DNA from: an uncultured Eubacteriales bacterium
Lineage (GTDB): Bacteria > Bacillota > Clostridia > Oscillospirales > Acutalibacteraceae
DNA length: 60,533 nucleotides
Direction: 5' to 3'
Assembly (NCBI GenBank): GCA_964614605.1
Contig: CAZTLU010000001.1
Span: forward strand, 5,291 to 65,823
Part shown: positions 1 through 9,493 of the stretch, one piece after another
Layout of the letters: the number at the start of each line of letters is the position of its first letter
How positions within the stretch are numbered: the first letter of the stretch is position 1
Notes under the pieces: generated by a model
What the model saw: only the letters and a program-made list of their open reading frames with translations
The model's database searches: none
What the model was told of the DNA's origin: nothing
Translations under genes and position numbers: made by a program

Positions 1-1018
1 TGATTTCGTCTTTGAAGATGAAACGATATCCGTTGTTTTCAAGAAGTTTGTCGTTTATCATCAATGTGCCCAAGCCTTTGATTTTTGTGAGTCTTGGTTC
101 TTCCATAACCTCACAGCGAATACTTGTTTCTTTTTCAATTCTGTCAGCAATATCAAAGATTAGCGCACCTCCGCCACAAAGTAATATTCCGTGGTCTGCA
201 GCATCAGCGAGCAATTCGGGCGGAATATTCTGCATTTCTGCGTGAATATCGCGAACAAGTGCAGAAATCTGCTCATCAACAAAGGGATATATCTCGGTAG
301 AAGTAATTTCAAACGAAATTGGCATTTCGTCAAGATTACTTTTGCCTGAAACCATCAACGCAGTTTCACAATCTCTTTGTTGTGCGGAAGTTATTTTATT
401 CTTGATTTCGCGTGCGGTATGGGGGCCAATATTGATGTCACGGTCTTTTTTTAGGTGCTTTATAACAGCCTTGTCTATTTCATCACTACCGCGACGAATC
501 ACACCGCTTGCGGCAATGCTCCCCATCGATACAACAGCAAATTCCGTTAACTGATGCCCGATATCGAGCACCATTCTTCCGCCTATTTTATCAGTAGCAA
601 CATTGGCACCGAATGCAGAGGCAAGAATACCCTCAACCATACAAACTCTGCCTGCACCTGCCAATGTGACGGCATCGAGAAAAGTCTTCTTTTCAAGGCT
701 CGAAATATCGGTTGAAAGTGAAATAATAACATTTGGCTTATATATTCTGTTACCGCAGACGCGTTGCAAATAATAACGAAGCATTCTTTCTGCCATAACA
801 AAGTCAGAAATGACACCGTTGCGAATTACTTTTACAACCTTAATGTCGTTAATACATCTGCCATAAACTGCATCCGCCGCACTGCCGAAAGCTATTGGTT
901 TTCCTGTTTCAGTTTCAACAGCAACAATAGACGGCTCATCAACAACAACGCCCTTGCCTTCTGCAAAAATTTTGAGAGAAGAAGAGCCGAAATCAATGCC
1001 GATTTTCATTCCTTTCAC
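1..1018 (-). CDS. mreB: MreB/Mbl-like actin-family rod-shape protein; C-terminal end runs off the window
   Basis: Not in the ORF track because there is no stop in the window. Manual minus-strand translation gives (V)KGMKIGIDFGSSSLKIF...VVDEPSIVAV...LDIGHQLTEFAVVSMG...ILLCGGGALI. GGAGG at 1026-1030 lies 7 nt upstream of GTG 1018; ATG 1009 is an alternative start. Confidence 0.8.
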   Translation of the reverse strand, partial: MKGMKIGIDFGSSSLKIFAEGKGVVVDEPSIVAVETETGKPIAFGSAADAVYGRCINDIKVVKVIRNGVISDFVMAERMLRYYLQRVCGNRIYKPNVIISLSTDISSLEKKTFLDAVTLAGAGRVCMVEGILASAFGANVATDKIGGRMVLDIGHQLTEFAVVSMGSIAASGVIRRGSDEIDKAVIKHLKKDRDINIGPHTAREIKNKITSAQQRDCETALMVSGKSNLDEMPISFEITSTEIYPFVDEQISALVRDIHAEMQNIPPELLADAADHGILLCGGGALIFDIADRIEKETSIRCEVMEEPRLTKIKGLGTLMINDKLLENNGYRFIFKDEI

Positions 1019-1049
1019 GATGTCACCTCCTAATGTAAATTACAATAAA

Positions 1050-2870
1050 TTATTTTCTCTTGAATTGTTGTTTAAGTCTTAATTCTTTTGAAAGAATTGT
1101 TTTACGAAGTCTTATGTTTATTGGTGTAACCTCCATAAGCTCATCATCTTTAATAAATTCCATTGATTGCTCAAGACTTAAGGTTGTGTGTGGAACAAGT
1201 CGTAATGCGTCATCAGAGCCTGACGCACGTGTATTTGTAAGGTGCTTTGTTTTACAAATATTACATACAATATCTTCGCTCTTTGCACATTCGCCAACAA
1301 TCATACCCTCATATACGGGGACACCGGGACCGATAAAAAGACGACCTCTGTCTTGTGTGTTAAACAAGCCGTAAGCTGTACTCTCGCCTGTTTCGTGAGC
1401 AACAATTGAGCCTCTTTCGCGGGTTTCAATTTCACCCTTATACTCCTCATAACCAGCAAACAGGTTATTCATAATACCATTACCGTTAGTATCAGTCATA
1501 AACTCTGAACGATAGCCTATAAGTCCTCGTGCGGGAATTTTAAACTCAAGATGTGTTGAGCCGCCCTCGCGTGTGCCCATATTTTCAAGCTCACCGCGAC
1601 GAGCACCAATTTTCATCATTACAGAGCCGACATATTCTTCGGGCACTTCAACAATGAGTAATTCCATAGGCTCTAAAAGTACGCCATTTTCAACCTTTGT
1701 AATTACCTTGGGTCGAGAAACCTGAAATTCATATCCCTGACGACGCATTGTTTCAATAAGAATTGAAAGATGCAATTCACCACGGCCGGAAACCTTAAAG
1801 GTATCGGTAGAATCTGTTTCTTCAACACGCATACTTACATTTGTTTCGACCTCTTTGAAAAGTCGGTCACGAAGATTTCGCGATGTAACATATTTACCCT
1901 CTTTGCCTGCAAACGGGCTATCATTAACAATAAAGTTCATTGACAAAGTAGGCTCGTCAATTTTAATAAAAGGCAATGGCTCAACGCAATCAGGTGAACA
2001 TATAGTTTCGCCGATGTTAAGGTCAGTAATTCCTGAAATACAGATAATATCACCGATTGCTGCGCTCTCAACCTCAACACGCTTAAGACCCTCAAACTGA
2101 TAAAGACGAGAAATGCGAACATTCTCTTGGCTACCATCAGTTTTACAGAGTGTAACCAAATCATTACGGTTAATTCTGCCACGCTCAACACGACCAACAC
2201 CGATTCTGCCGATGTAATCGTCATAGTCAAGACTTGAGAAAAGCACCTGCAAGGGAGCGTCAATATCACCGGCGGGAGCCTCAATATTCTCAATAATAGC
2301 ATCAAAAAGAGGTCTCATATCGCCTTCACGCACATCTGGCTCAAGTGAAGAATAACCGTCACGGGCTGATGCGTAAATTACGGGGAATTCAATCTGCTCG
2401 TCACTTGCGCCGAGCTCAATAAACAAATCAAGTACCTCGTCAATAACTTCTGCGGGACGAGCACCGGGTCTGTCAATCTTGTTAACAACTACAAGAACTT
2501 TTTTATTTAAGCCCAGAGCCTTTTTCAGAACAAATCTAGTCTGTGGCATGCAACCCTCAAAGGCGTCAACAAGCAACAGAACACCGTCAACCATTGTGAG
2601 AATTCGCTCTACCTCACCACCAAAATCAGCGTGACCGGGAGTATCGACAATATTGATTTTTATATCTTTATAATGCACAGAAGTGTTTTTTGAAAGAATT
2701 GTAATTCCGCGCTCTCTTTCAAGGTCGTTTGAGTCCATAACTCTGTCTTGAACAACCTCGTTACTTCTGAAAATGCCACTTTGCTTTAAAAGCTCGTCAA
2801 CCAATGTAGTTTTACCGTGGTCAACGTGAGCAATAATGGCAATATTTCTAACATCTTCTCTTTTTTTCAA
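1050..2870 (-). CDS. typA: Translational GTPase TypA/BipA
   Basis: IAIIAHVDHGKTTLVDELL, DTPGHADFGGEVER and NKID G-motifs, EF-G-like architecture, about 606 aa. The ORF-track GTG at 2879 lies inside the SD AAGGTG, so TTG at 2870 is preferred. Confidence 0.93.
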   Translation of the reverse strand: MKKREDVRNIAIIAHVDHGKTTLVDELLKQSGIFRSNEVVQDRVMDSNDLERERGITILSKNTSVHYKDIKINIVDTPGHADFGGEVERILTMVDGVLLLVDAFEGCMPQTRFVLKKALGLNKKVLVVVNKIDRPGARPAEVIDEVLDLFIELGASDEQIEFPVIYASARDGYSSLEPDVREGDMRPLFDAIIENIEAPAGDIDAPLQVLFSSLDYDDYIGRIGVGRVERGRINRNDLVTLCKTDGSQENVRISRLYQFEGLKRVEVESAAIGDIICISGITDLNIGETICSPDCVEPLPFIKIDEPTLSMNFIVNDSPFAGKEGKYVTSRNLRDRLFKEVETNVSMRVEETDSTDTFKVSGRGELHLSILIETMRRQGYEFQVSRPKVITKVENGVLLEPMELLIVEVPEEYVGSVMMKIGARRGELENMGTREGGSTHLEFKIPARGLIGYRSEFMTDTNGNGIMNNLFAGYEEYKGEIETRERGSIVAHETGESTAYGLFNTQDRGRLFIGPGVPVYEGMIVGECAKSEDIVCNICKTKHLTNTRASGSDDALRLVPHTTLSLEQSMEFIKDDELMEVTPINIRLRKTILSKELRLKQQFKRK

Positions 2871-3023
2871 GAATTTCACCTTCGTTTATAATTTCGACTA
2901 TATATTTTACCACTATATATTACATTCTGCAAGAATAAAATAACACTAAATTAAGCTCAATATACTTTACAAATCAGTAAAAATGGGCTAAAATTTATAT
3001 AAATTGTTTCGGAGTGATAAACT

Positions 3024-4655
3024 TTGAGTAATAATGTTAAAATTAGAATTATTTCATCACTTGAAAAGCTTTATCACGGCGACAAAGTACCAGAAAAAAC
3101 TTTGTCTGGTTTTTCTATGCTCAAAAACGAGAAAAAATCTTTTCAGATTGTAATAGAAAGTGATATTGATTTTAACGGTACCATCGCAATTGAAACAAAT
3201 ATTAAAGACATTCGCAAGTATTCAGTTGAACATATAAAATCTGATTTTCCTATGTGTAATGGTGCTGACGATTATTACAGATTCAGCAACGACGGATATT
3301 ATCCGGATTTATTGTTACCTATTGATAATGAAATTAACATTGTTAAAGGTGTAAATGTATTTTGGGTAGACGTTAACGCAGACACAGAAAGTATCGGTAA
3401 TGATAATATTAAAATTTTAATTAACGAAAATGATGTTCTGATTGCAGAAACTTCATTATATATTGAAATTATTGATTGCTCTCTTGATTTCAATGATTTT
3501 ATTTATACAAATTGGTTTCACACGGATTGTCTGATGTCGCATTATAATTTTGAAGCTTTTTCAGAGGAATATTGGCGAGTTACCGAAAACTTTTTAGAAA
3601 CTGCAAACGAATACGGAATGAACTGTGTTCTTACACCGATTTTCACTCCCCCGCTTGATACAGAATTCGGTAAAGAAAGACCGACAGTTCAATTAGTTGA
3701 TGTAAATCTTGAAAACGGCGAGTATTCATTTAATTTTGATAAGCTTACAAAGTGGATTGAAATGAGTAAAAGGTGCGGAATCGAATATTTTGAAATGGCA
3801 CATTTCTTTACACAATGGGGTGCTTGTCACGCACCTAAAATTATGGCTGTTGTTGACGGCGAATACAAAAAGATTTTCGGTTGGGAAACCAAGGCAACAT
3901 CAAAAGAATATAAAAAATTCTTGACTGATTTTTCAGTTGAGTTAAAAAAATATCTTGAAGAAAATAATCTTAAAGACAGAGCTTTAATTCATGTAAGCGA
4001 CGAGCCGAATTTCGCAATGCTTCGTTCATATTCAAAGGCTTCAAGACTGATACATAAGCTATATAAGGGCTATAAGATTGTTGACGCATTGTCAGATATA
4101 TGGTTTTATAAATTGGGAATTGTCACAACACCAGTCCCCTCAAACGACCATATTGATAAATTTATCGGCAAAACTGCTGAATTGTGGACATATTATTGCA
4201 GTGCTCAAAATAAAAAATATGTTTCAAACAGATTTTTCTGTAATTCGTCACTTCGTAACAGAGCTCTTGGCTATCAACTCTTCAAATTTGATGTAAAAGG
4301 ATTTTTGCATTGGGGCTACAATTTTTATTATACCCAGCTTTCAAAAGCGGTTATAGACCCATATAAAGTAAGTGACGCGGGCGGCAAATTCCCATCCGGC
4401 GACAGTTATGTGGTTTATCCCGCGGATGATGGCACGACACACCATTCAATAAGATTAAAGGTATTTTATGATGCTTTGCAGGATATGGCGGCGCTGAATA
4501 CTCTAAAAAAGCTTACCGATAAGCAAACTTGTCTTGATATTATTGAAGAAAGCGGAAAACATTCAATTACATTCTCTGATTATCCTCATTCTGATGAATG
4601 GTTACTCACTACAAGAGAAAAAATCAATTTTAAAATTAAGGAAAATATAAAATGA
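3024..4655 (+). CDS. DUF4091 / GH123-like glycoside-hydrolase-domain protein, no signal peptide
   Basis: 543-aa ORF with a TTG start 9 nt after GGAG. The family call rests on remembered resemblance to DUF4091 proteins (N-terminal beta-sandwich, then a barrel region ...CVLTPIFTPPLD...FEMAHFFTQWG...). AT-rich relative to its neighbours. Confidence 0.55.
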   Translation: MSNNVKIRIISSLEKLYHGDKVPEKTLSGFSMLKNEKKSFQIVIESDIDFNGTIAIETNIKDIRKYSVEHIKSDFPMCNGADDYYRFSNDGYYPDLLLPIDNEINIVKGVNVFWVDVNADTESIGNDNIKILINENDVLIAETSLYIEIIDCSLDFNDFIYTNWFHTDCLMSHYNFEAFSEEYWRVTENFLETANEYGMNCVLTPIFTPPLDTEFGKERPTVQLVDVNLENGEYSFNFDKLTKWIEMSKRCGIEYFEMAHFFTQWGACHAPKIMAVVDGEYKKIFGWETKATSKEYKKFLTDFSVELKKYLEENNLKDRALIHVSDEPNFAMLRSYSKASRLIHKLYKGYKIVDALSDIWFYKLGIVTTPVPSNDHIDKFIGKTAELWTYYCSAQNKKYVSNRFFCNSSLRNRALGYQLFKFDVKGFLHWGYNFYYTQLSKAVIDPYKVSDAGGKFPSGDSYVVYPADDGTTHHSIRLKVFYDALQDMAALNTLKKLTDKQTCLDIIEESGKHSITFSDYPHSDEWLLTTREKINFKIKENIK

Positions 4656-5839
4656 AGAAATTTTTTAAAACCGTAAAAAATTTCATAAAAGAAACCGATA
4701 AAATACTTTTATTACTCTGCGCATTAGCGTCAACTTTTGGTTGTATAAGTGTTTTGAGTGCGACTTTGTGGAGCGTTGACGAGGGTGAAAAATTCTCTCG
4801 TGACTTCTCGGTTATGGTATTAGCAGTTACGGCAGGTATTATTATGGCACTCATAATCTCGTTGATTGACTATGAGTTTATAATTAGAATGGCACCGCTA
4901 ATCGGTCTTTTCTGTATAGGAATTATGGTAATTACTCTGCTTTTCGGTGTTGGTCCCATTGAGCGACCCGACGCTAAAACATGGCTTAAAATCGGTAGTA
5001 CGGGTATTTATTTTCAGCCGTCAGAGCTTGTAAAAATAGGTTTCATCATCACCTTTGGTGTTCATCTTGAAAAGCTAAAAAGCAATATAAATCACCCATT
5101 TTCAATTATTCAGCTGGGTATTCATGCACTCATTCCCGTAGCACTGGTTATAAAATCAGGTGATATGGGCTCTGCACTTGTATTTATGATTATTGCGGTT
5201 GCAATGCTTTTTGTCGCAGGACTTCACTGGGGTTATTTCTTGGCAGGCGGACTTTTAGTTGTTGCCGCATTACCGCTTGCGTGGGTATTCTTGCTTGATA
5301 ATATTCAGAAAGAACGATTTTTAGCCCTTGTATATCCTGAACTTTACCCCGATGTCATTTATCAGCAACAACGCGGTATGACAGCACTCGGTAGTGGAGG
5401 AATAACGGGTCAAGGCTTATTCCAAGGCACTCTTACACAGACACCTGATGCAATTCCAGAAGCGGAAAATGATATGATTTTCACCGTTGTTGGCGAGGAA
5501 TTAGGTCTTGTAGGTTGTTTTATTGCATTATTTTTACTGACCGCAATTGTTATTAGAATTGCAACCACCGGCAAACACGATAAAATTGGCAATACTAAAA
5601 TTATGTGCTATGGTGTTGCGGCTATGATTGGCGGACAAGTTATTATTAATGTAGGTATGTGCTTGATGCTTCTGCCCGTTATCGGTATTACACTCCCCTT
5701 CTTCAGCGCGGGTGGTTCATCAAATCTTTGCATTTATATTGCAATTGGTTTAATATTAAGCTTTTATCGATATAATCAGCAAAGAGAACTGATTGACGTT
5801 AGTCAGCAGAATATTTATAATCCGTTCTCGGAAATATAA
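4652..5839 (+). CDS. FtsW/RodA/SpoVE (SEDS) family peptidoglycan glycosyltransferase
   Basis: 395 aa, polytopic, with SEDS-like blocks (FQPSELVKI, GDMGSALV, GLGLFQG..PEAENDMIF, LPFFSAGGSS). The ATGA overlap with the upstream stop implies translational coupling. Confidence 0.88.
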   Translation: MKKFFKTVKNFIKETDKILLLLCALASTFGCISVLSATLWSVDEGEKFSRDFSVMVLAVTAGIIMALIISLIDYEFIIRMAPLIGLFCIGIMVITLLFGVGPIERPDAKTWLKIGSTGIYFQPSELVKIGFIITFGVHLEKLKSNINHPFSIIQLGIHALIPVALVIKSGDMGSALVFMIIAVAMLFVAGLHWGYFLAGGLLVVAALPLAWVFLLDNIQKERFLALVYPELYPDVIYQQQRGMTALGSGGITGQGLFQGTLTQTPDAIPEAENDMIFTVVGEELGLVGCFIALFLLTAIVIRIATTGKHDKIGNTKIMCYGVAAMIGGQVIINVGMCLMLLPVIGITLPFFSAGGSSNLCIYIAIGLILSFYRYNQQRELIDVSQQNIYNPFSEI

Positions 5840-5844
5840 TTTAT

Positions 5845-5872
5845 AAGCACCCCACGCAGTGAGGTGCTTTTA
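5845..5872. terminator. Bidirectional intrinsic terminator between convergent genes
   Basis: Hairpin AAGCACC-C-CAC-GCA-GTG-A-GGTGCTT followed by TTT on the plus strand and preceded by TTATAA. Confidence 0.6.
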
Positions 5873-5874
5873 CT

Positions 5875-6975
5875 TTAGTCAGTTAATGAAGATATTATTT
5901 CTTTAAATTCATGCTTTGATTTAAATTCTTCTGTTAACGGATAATGCTCCAACATCACAATTTTCATAAACTGGCATAAATTATTTTCACGATATGGCGG
6001 TCCGAAATTATAATGTCTCATTGCTTTCTCTGAGATTTCAGGATTATTGTCAAGTTCTTTAGCATATTCGGCAGCGACTTTCAAGTATTTCAAGGCATTT
6101 GTATCATCGCCTGTCTGCTGATACAAATATCCGATACATCCATAAGTGTAAAGCCTGTTAATACAGTTTTTACCATAATTACCATCAGGAAAAATCAAAT
6201 TTATAAGACCTTGAATGTGTAAAAATATTTCAAGTCTTTTTTCAGGCTCATAATTTAAGCAATAACCAAATGCTGTATCCTGAAACTGAAATAATAATTC
6301 TTCAAGAGCTTTTTTATGAGTTGAATAATACAATTCAGTATCAAAGGCTAAATTCATTAAATGTAATTCCCTTGAATCTTTCATAGATGGTAAAGTGTTA
6401 GTTATTTCTTCTGCCAGTTCAAGATATTCTTTTTTTGTGCGATATTTGCCATTTTCATCAGGAATACATTGATATTTTATTAGTAAATGTGCAATCATAA
6501 TTACCTTTGAGCGTATTCTGATGCTGTCATCTGTACAGTGATTTTGAATATTCTCATAAATGGCAGTTATTTCTTTTGTAGTTGATTTGTACTCACCATT
6601 TATAAAATCTTTTACCTCCTGCAAAAGCTCCATATATCGAATAAGAATTCTAAAATCACCCGGAAATTCTTTTACCGCTTCTTGAAATTTATTGAAAGTT
6701 AAAGTTAAATCTTTCAATTTCATATCATCATAAAGTTTAAGATATTCATTGATTTTCTGTTCATCAAGAGATTTATTAGTTCCCAATAAGTCATCAATGG
6801 TAATGCCAAAAAATCTTGAAATTATAGGTAGCATTGTTATATCGGGATAGGTTTCTCCCCTTTCCCATTTGCTTACAGTTTGAAAAGAAACGCCTAAAAA
6901 TTCGGCAAGAGTTTCTTGCGTCAATTCTTTTTCTTTGCGGAGTTTTTTAAGATTTTTACCAAAATAAATTGTCAT
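5875..6975 (-). CDS. XRE-family HTH transcriptional regulator with a long helical-repeat (TPR-like) C-terminal domain
   Basis: The N-terminus LKKLRKEKELTQETLAEFLGVSFQTVSKWERGETYPD is a textbook HTH_3. The roughly 290-aa C-terminal part is helical and repeat-like. Markedly AT-rich. Confidence 0.85.
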   Translation of the reverse strand: MTIYFGKNLKKLRKEKELTQETLAEFLGVSFQTVSKWERGETYPDITMLPIISRFFGITIDDLLGTNKSLDEQKINEYLKLYDDMKLKDLTLTFNKFQEAVKEFPGDFRILIRYMELLQEVKDFINGEYKSTTKEITAIYENIQNHCTDDSIRIRSKVIMIAHLLIKYQCIPDENGKYRTKKEYLELAEEITNTLPSMKDSRELHLMNLAFDTELYYSTHKKALEELLFQFQDTAFGYCLNYEPEKRLEIFLHIQGLINLIFPDGNYGKNCINRLYTYGCIGYLYQQTGDDTNALKYLKVAAEYAKELDNNPEISEKAMRHYNFGPPYRENNLCQFMKIVMLEHYPLTEEFKSKHEFKEIISSLTD

Positions 6976-7065
6976 AAAATCACCTTTTCATTATTTGGTA
7001 GCGCTATCCATAGCTTTATAATAACTATAAATTTTAGTTTTTGCAATATCTTTGTTCTTGAATTA

Positions 7066-7086
7066 AATTCGCTTATTGGGCGAATT
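7066..7086. promoter_or_regulatory. Inverted repeat AATTCGC-N7-GCGAATT upstream of the XRE regulator promoter
   Basis: Perfect 7-bp arms. It lies about 25 nt upstream of a minus-strand TTGCAA-17-TATTAT promoter-like element. Candidate operator; function not shown. Confidence 0.3.
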
Positions 7087-7099
7087 ATTCAATTATATG

Positions 7100-7126
7100 T
7101 AAAAAGAGGCCACATAAGTGACCTCT
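7100..7126 (-). terminator. Intrinsic terminator after pcrA
   Basis: Minus strand reads AGAGGTCAC-TTAT-GTGGCCTCT followed by TTTTT (one G-U pair). Confidence 0.7.
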
Positions 7127-7130
7127 ATAT

Positions 7131-9482
7131 TTATGCCTTTTTAACGGCTCCCATATTTGCCATAATCTTTTTGGTTCCTACCTTTTCAAAGGCAATTTCC
7201 ATAAGAGTATCATTACCCATTGGTTTGAGTGAAACAATCATACCCTTACCGAATACGCGATGAACTACCTCTTCTCCCACCATAAAGGCTTCTGTAGATT
7301 TCTTAGGTGCAGAGCCAAATCCTACACCAAAGCCAAGAGGCCTTGTTGTTGCCGGATGAATTTTTGTTTGCGACGCTCTGTTTTGAACAGGTGTTCTGGG
7401 CTTAACAAGGCTCTGACAACATTCTTTTGGTAATTCCTCTAAAAATCTTGAAGGAAGATTGTATTTTGTCGAACCGAAAATCGTTCTTGAACGGGTATTG
7501 AGAAGATATAACTTTTCTTTTGCACGGGTAATGCCTACATAAGCAAGTCTTCGTTCTTCTTCAATTTCGGTTGGGTCGTACATAGACTGCATGCCGGGGA
7601 ATACGCCCTCTTCAAGACCGGGAATGAATACCACAGGGAATTCAAGACCCTTTGATGAGTGAAGTGTCATAAGAACAACTGTATCAGCATCCGCATTATA
7701 ATTGTCAATATCAGTAAGCAATGCAACTTCCTCAAGGAAATCAGACAACTCACCCTCGGGATTTTCTTCTTTGAATCTTAAAAGGTTATTATTTAACTCG
7801 TCTAAGTTCTGAAGTCTATCTTCACCTTTTTCTTTATCCGCGACAGTCATCGCCTTGTAGCCTGTTTCATCAAGCAAAGAGATGAATACTGATGACGGTG
7901 ACTCGCGTGTGAGCAAATCAGAAAAGCTTTCAATCATTTGGGTGAACTCAATAAGTTTTGGTGCACCGCGTTTAAGCTTTTCATATTCGTCAGCAGATTT
8001 TAATACATCAAACAAACTAATACCCAATGTATCTGCTATTTCTTTTGCAGCTGTAACGGTACCAACACCGATACCACGTTTGGGTACATTGATAATTCTT
8101 TCAAGACGCACGCTATCATCGTGATTTGCAATAACAGAAAGATACGCTAAAGCGTCTTTAATTTCCATTCGGTCATAGAATTTACGACCGCCGATAATTC
8201 TATAAGGAATACCGCTTCGTACCAACGCACGCTCAACAGAGTTTGACATAGAATTCATTCGATAGAGCACGGCAAAATCACTGAATTTGCCTGTTGAGCC
8301 CATCTGTTTCATAATCTCATCTGCTATAAACTTGCCCTCAGCAAATTCATCGTCAAGGGTATTGAGGGTTATTTTCTCACCCTCACCGTTTGAAGTCCAA
8401 AGGTTTTTACCTTTACGGTTTTCATTGTTAGAAATAACCGCATTAGCAACATCAAGAATATTCTGTGTTGAACGGTAATTCTGTTCAAGACGGATAACCT
8501 GTGCATTTTTAAAATTCTTTTCAAAACTCAAAATATTTTCAATGGTAGCACCACGGAATTTATAAATACTCTGGTCGTCATCACCAACTACGCAGATGTT
8601 GTTATAGCCCTCTGACAAGAGCTTTGTGAGAATAAACTGTGCATGGTTTGTATCCTGATACTCATCTACAAGCACATATTTAAACTTATTCTGATAATAT
8701 TCTCGTACATCGTCATTTTCCTGTAAAAGCTTAACAGTATAGAAAATAATATCGTCGAAATCCATTGCATCCGCATTTTTTAGAAGCTTCTGATATTTCT
8801 GATAACACTCACCTATCTGCTTTTCTCTGTAATTACCACTACCTAAATTCAAGAACTCTTCGGGTGGAACAAGCCTATCCTTTGCTCGACTAATTTCTGC
8901 AAGGATTGATTTGTGTGGCAATAATTTATCGTCAATATTAAGAAGTCGCTGACAATCCTTTATAACGCGTTTACTGTCGTCAGTATCATAGATAGTGAAA
9001 TGCTTTGAAAAACCTAATAATTCGGCATTTCTGCGCAAAATACGCACACATATTGAATGGAATGTGCCGGCCCAGATATCATTTGCTTCTTCGCCAATAC
9101 GAAGAACAAGTCTTTCTTTTAACTCGTTCGCCGCTTTATTCGTGAAAGTGAATGCGAGAATCTCCCAAGGCTTTGGCGCATCAACAGAAAGCACATATTT
9201 AATTTGCTCATATACAGATGCGTCACCATTATAATATTTATTAAGTAACTCAAAAGTATTGTCGTATGTACGGCAATCAATTACATTTGAGCCGTATGCT
9301 CTGCCGTATTTCATTAGGTTGGCGATACGGTTTACAAGCACAGTAGTCTTACCGCTACCTGCACCTGCCAGAATTAAAAGCGGCCCGTCAACTGATAAGA
9401 CCGCTTTCATCTGCATATCGTTCATTCTGCTAAATTCTTTTTTAATGATTTTATCTCTTAACTCACAGATTTGTGAATGCAT
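7131..9482 (-). CDS. pcrA: ATP-dependent DNA helicase PcrA/UvrD (SF1)
   Basis: LLILAGAGSGKTTVLVNRI (Walker A), VLVDEYQDTN, VVGDDDQSIYKFRGA, TLHSSKGLEFPVVFI, YVGITRAK; 783 aa. Confidence 0.95.
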   Translation of the reverse strand: MHSQICELRDKIIKKEFSRMNDMQMKAVLSVDGPLLILAGAGSGKTTVLVNRIANLMKYGRAYGSNVIDCRTYDNTFELLNKYYNGDASVYEQIKYVLSVDAPKPWEILAFTFTNKAANELKERLVLRIGEEANDIWAGTFHSICVRILRRNAELLGFSKHFTIYDTDDSKRVIKDCQRLLNIDDKLLPHKSILAEISRAKDRLVPPEEFLNLGSGNYREKQIGECYQKYQKLLKNADAMDFDDIIFYTVKLLQENDDVREYYQNKFKYVLVDEYQDTNHAQFILTKLLSEGYNNICVVGDDDQSIYKFRGATIENILSFEKNFKNAQVIRLEQNYRSTQNILDVANAVISNNENRKGKNLWTSNGEGEKITLNTLDDEFAEGKFIADEIMKQMGSTGKFSDFAVLYRMNSMSNSVERALVRSGIPYRIIGGRKFYDRMEIKDALAYLSVIANHDDSVRLERIINVPKRGIGVGTVTAAKEIADTLGISLFDVLKSADEYEKLKRGAPKLIEFTQMIESFSDLLTRESPSSVFISLLDETGYKAMTVADKEKGEDRLQNLDELNNNLLRFKEENPEGELSDFLEEVALLTDIDNYNADADTVVLMTLHSSKGLEFPVVFIPGLEEGVFPGMQSMYDPTEIEEERRLAYVGITRAKEKLYLLNTRSRTIFGSTKYNLPSRFLEELPKECCQSLVKPRTPVQNRASQTKIHPATTRPLGFGVGFGSAPKKSTEAFMVGEEVVHRVFGKGMIVSLKPMGNDTLMEIAFEKVGTKKIMANMGAVKKA

Positions 9483-9493
9483 TTTATATTCTC

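Noticed and set aside
2897-2921. Direct repeat ACTATATATT x2 with 15-bp period in the typA/DUF4091 divergent promoter region.
   Set aside because: It is a pure AT-rich sequence flanking a -10-like element, so it is plausibly chance or part of ordinary promoter DNA. No partner regulator is evident.
6976-7130. Possible signalling-peptide sORF next to the XRE/TPR regulator.
   Set aside because: Only trivial ORFs of 6-8 codons are present, without an RBS or a hydrophobic leader. The 35-nt downstream gap (5840-5874) is filled by a terminator.
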